DNA of 16,058 nucleotides from Giardia intestinalis (Eukaryota): NCBI GenBank assembly GCA_000002435.2, contig AACB03000008.1; one strand, 5' to 3'. Shown piece by piece: positions 14,495 to 16,058 of this stretch (position 1 is its first letter; each line of letters starts with the position of its first letter). The notes under the pieces were generated by a model. It saw only the letters and a program-made list of their open reading frames with translations, ran no database searches and was not told where the DNA came from. The position numbers and the translations under genes were made by a program.

Positions 14495-16058
14495 GTGATA
14501 TGCACAAAGGCTGAGGGAGGAGTGTGCACTGCTTGTAAAGCAGATAACGGCCTGTTCAAGAACCCAGTTACACCTCAGAAGCCTGGTAGTGAGTGCATCC
14601 TCTGTCATGATGTCAATGGGGCAGATGGATATACAGGGGTGGCTAACTGCGCACAGTGTACCAAGTCAGACAGTAGTCCAGGACCTGCCACGTGTACAGA
14701 GTGCCAAGATGGATACTACAAGAACTCTCAGACATGTGTCAAATGTAATGAAGCTTGTCTGACCTGCGATGGAAGTGGTCAGAATCATTGTACATCGTGC
14801 CCAGAGGGGAAGTACCTGAAGAGTAATCAATGTGTACAAGATACTGGATGCGATGGAAACACTTATGCTGACCCGGAGTCGGGAACATGCAAGGCATGTA
14901 GTACGATACACGCAGAGTGCACGGCATGCTCCTTCGACAAGGCCACGGGGAAGCCGAAGTGCACTAACTGCGGGACCAATAAGACCCCCAGGACGGCCCT
15001 CGACGGGACATCGACCTGCGTGGCGAAGACGCTTGAAGGATGCGAGGGCGCTGACGAGGCCTTATTTATGAAGGAGGACAAAACGTGTGCTCTTTGTAGT
15101 GATGTGACAGATTCAACTCTTGGTAACGAAGGAAAGGCCAACTGCAAGACATGTACGAAAACAGGAAGTGACAATCCAACCTGCTCAGCCTGTCTCGATG
15201 GATACTTCTTTGATAGTGGTACTAGTACATGTACAGACAAGTGTGGTGATAACTGTGCCACATGCTCTGTTGCTGGTGATCCAAATAAGTGTGAAACCTG
15301 CAAGACTGGATACTTCTTAGTAACTACTACAGATCAACAGGGGAAGAAGTGCGTCCCATGCGATAGCGTAGACGATAAGGGTCGCGAAGGCTGCAGTGTC
15401 TGCTCTAACAACGGTGCTTTCAAGTGCACTGACTGTAAGCCTAACTATCGCAAGGAGGGCAGTACTGGCTCTGTCACATGCACCAAGATCTGTGAAGATG
15501 ATACTGCCTGTGGAGGAACTTCTGGTGCCTGCGATGCAATAGTGATTGATGATAAGGGTGTAGAGCATCATTATTGCTCATACTGTGGAGAAGCTAATAC
15601 GTATCCTATAGATGGGAAGTGTAATAGTGCTAAAGCAAATAATCAATGTGATCAAGGTGTATGTACACAATGCACTAACAACTACTTCTTGTATATGGGA
15701 GGTTGTTACAAGGTTGATACAGTACCTGGACAACATATGTGCAAGACAGCAGCCAACGGTGTCTGTACCGCTGTTAATGCCAACAATAGGTACTTCATAG
15801 TCCCTGGGGCAACCAATCAGAATCAGTCTGTATTGGCATGTAGCAACTCCCTTGGCACACTAGTAGGCACTGGTAATACTGCTAAGGCATACGTGGGGGT
15901 GGATGGCTGCTCCCGGTGTACAGCACCAACAGCTCTAACAACAGCTGGTATGACTGTCGCTGTGTGTACCTCTTGTGACAGTAGTAAGAAGCCCAACAAG
16001 GGTGGTAGTGGGTGTGTGACATGCTCTGTGGGTGATTGCAAGAGCTGTGTGATGGATG
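14495..16058 (+). CDS. VSP-family protein, unit 8, 3'-truncated by the window end. It is a mosaic: 14495 to about 15875 equals unit 3, and from about 15876 it is unit-7/unit-5-type
   Basis: The frame from GTG 14495 reads (V)ICTKAEGGVCTACKADNGLFKNPVTPQKPGSECILCHD... The last codons are ...CKSCVMD at 16055-16057. It is absent from the ORF track only because no stop is reached. Confidence 0.7.
   Translation, partial: MICTKAEGGVCTACKADNGLFKNPVTPQKPGSECILCHDVNGADGYTGVANCAQCTKSDSSPGPATCTECQDGYYKNSQTCVKCNEACLTCDGSGQNHCTSCPEGKYLKSNQCVQDTGCDGNTYADPESGTCKACSTIHAECTACSFDKATGKPKCTNCGTNKTPRTALDGTSTCVAKTLEGCEGADEALFMKEDKTCALCSDVTDSTLGNEGKANCKTCTKTGSDNPTCSACLDGYFFDSGTSTCTDKCGDNCATCSVAGDPNKCETCKTGYFLVTTTDQQGKKCVPCDSVDDKGREGCSVCSNNGAFKCTDCKPNYRKEGSTGSVTCTKICEDDTACGGTSGACDAIVIDDKGVEHHYCSYCGEANTYPIDGKCNSAKANNQCDQGVCTQCTNNYFLYMGGCYKVDTVPGQHMCKTAANGVCTAVNANNRYFIVPGATNQNQSVLACSNSLGTLVGTGNTAKAYVGVDGCSRCTAPTALTTAGMTVAVCTSCDSSKKPNKGGSGCVTCSVGDCKSCVMD

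Noticed and set aside
1-16058. CRISPR-like appearance (short conserved repeats alternating with variable sequence) and prokaryotic signals (RBS, sigma70 promoters)
   Set aside because: The 'repeats' are 51-78 bp spacers separating 1.8-3.1 kb protein-coding units. The CRGKA-tailed VSP family and the AGTRAAY poly(A) signal indicate a Giardia (eukaryotic) origin, so bacterial signals do not apply.
1-16058. Mobile element, tRNA or rRNA content
   Set aside because: There are no terminal inverted repeats, transposase-like or RT-like frames, or tRNA-like cloverleaf candidates. The window is saturated by VSP units and their stereotyped spacers.

Overview
The whole 16,058-bp window is a + strand, head-to-tail tandem array of eight cysteine-rich genes with the hallmarks of Giardia variant-specific surface proteins (VSPs). 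No other gene type, RNA gene or mobile element is visible, and the array appears to continue past both ends of the window.

**Family assignment.** Every unit ends with an N-x-S sequon followed by the transmembrane segment GLSTGA(I/V)AGISVAV(I/V)AVVGGLVGFLCWWF(V/I) and the invariant cytoplasmic tail CRGKA-stop. The units carry dozens of CxxC pairs and the YFLYMGGCY (GGCY) motif.

**Spacers.** Units are separated by very short (51-78 bp), stereotyped spacers. Each spacer has an extended poly(A) signal ACTTRGGTAGTGAAT 8-14 nt after the stop codon, then a variable number (2-5) of GTGATAG heptamers, then a conserved junction TGGAGTG(T/A)GATATGCACA.

**Notable points.**
- No unit has an in-frame ATG or an N-terminal signal peptide. 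The VSP frame opens directly out of the spacer after an in-frame TAG. A conserved ATG sits one nucleotide out of frame and gives only a 5-6 codon mini-ORF. As written, the array looks like 5'-truncated or start-less VSP cassettes.
- The units are mosaics of a few near-identical segments, including 1.3-1.5 kb blocks of about 99-100% identity. Two recombination junctions coincide at one conserved 20-nt block (GGCACACTAGTAGGCACTGG), pointing to gene conversion or unequal crossover.
- Two units carry frameshifts relative to their paralogs: a -1 shift in unit 2 and a -2 shift in unit 6 that destroys the TM/CRGKA tail.
- One unit is double length (1021 aa) with two GGCY-type cores, as if two VSP units were fused in frame.

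All long minus-strand and off-frame ORFs in the track are artefacts of a stop-poor, Cys-codon-rich sequence.
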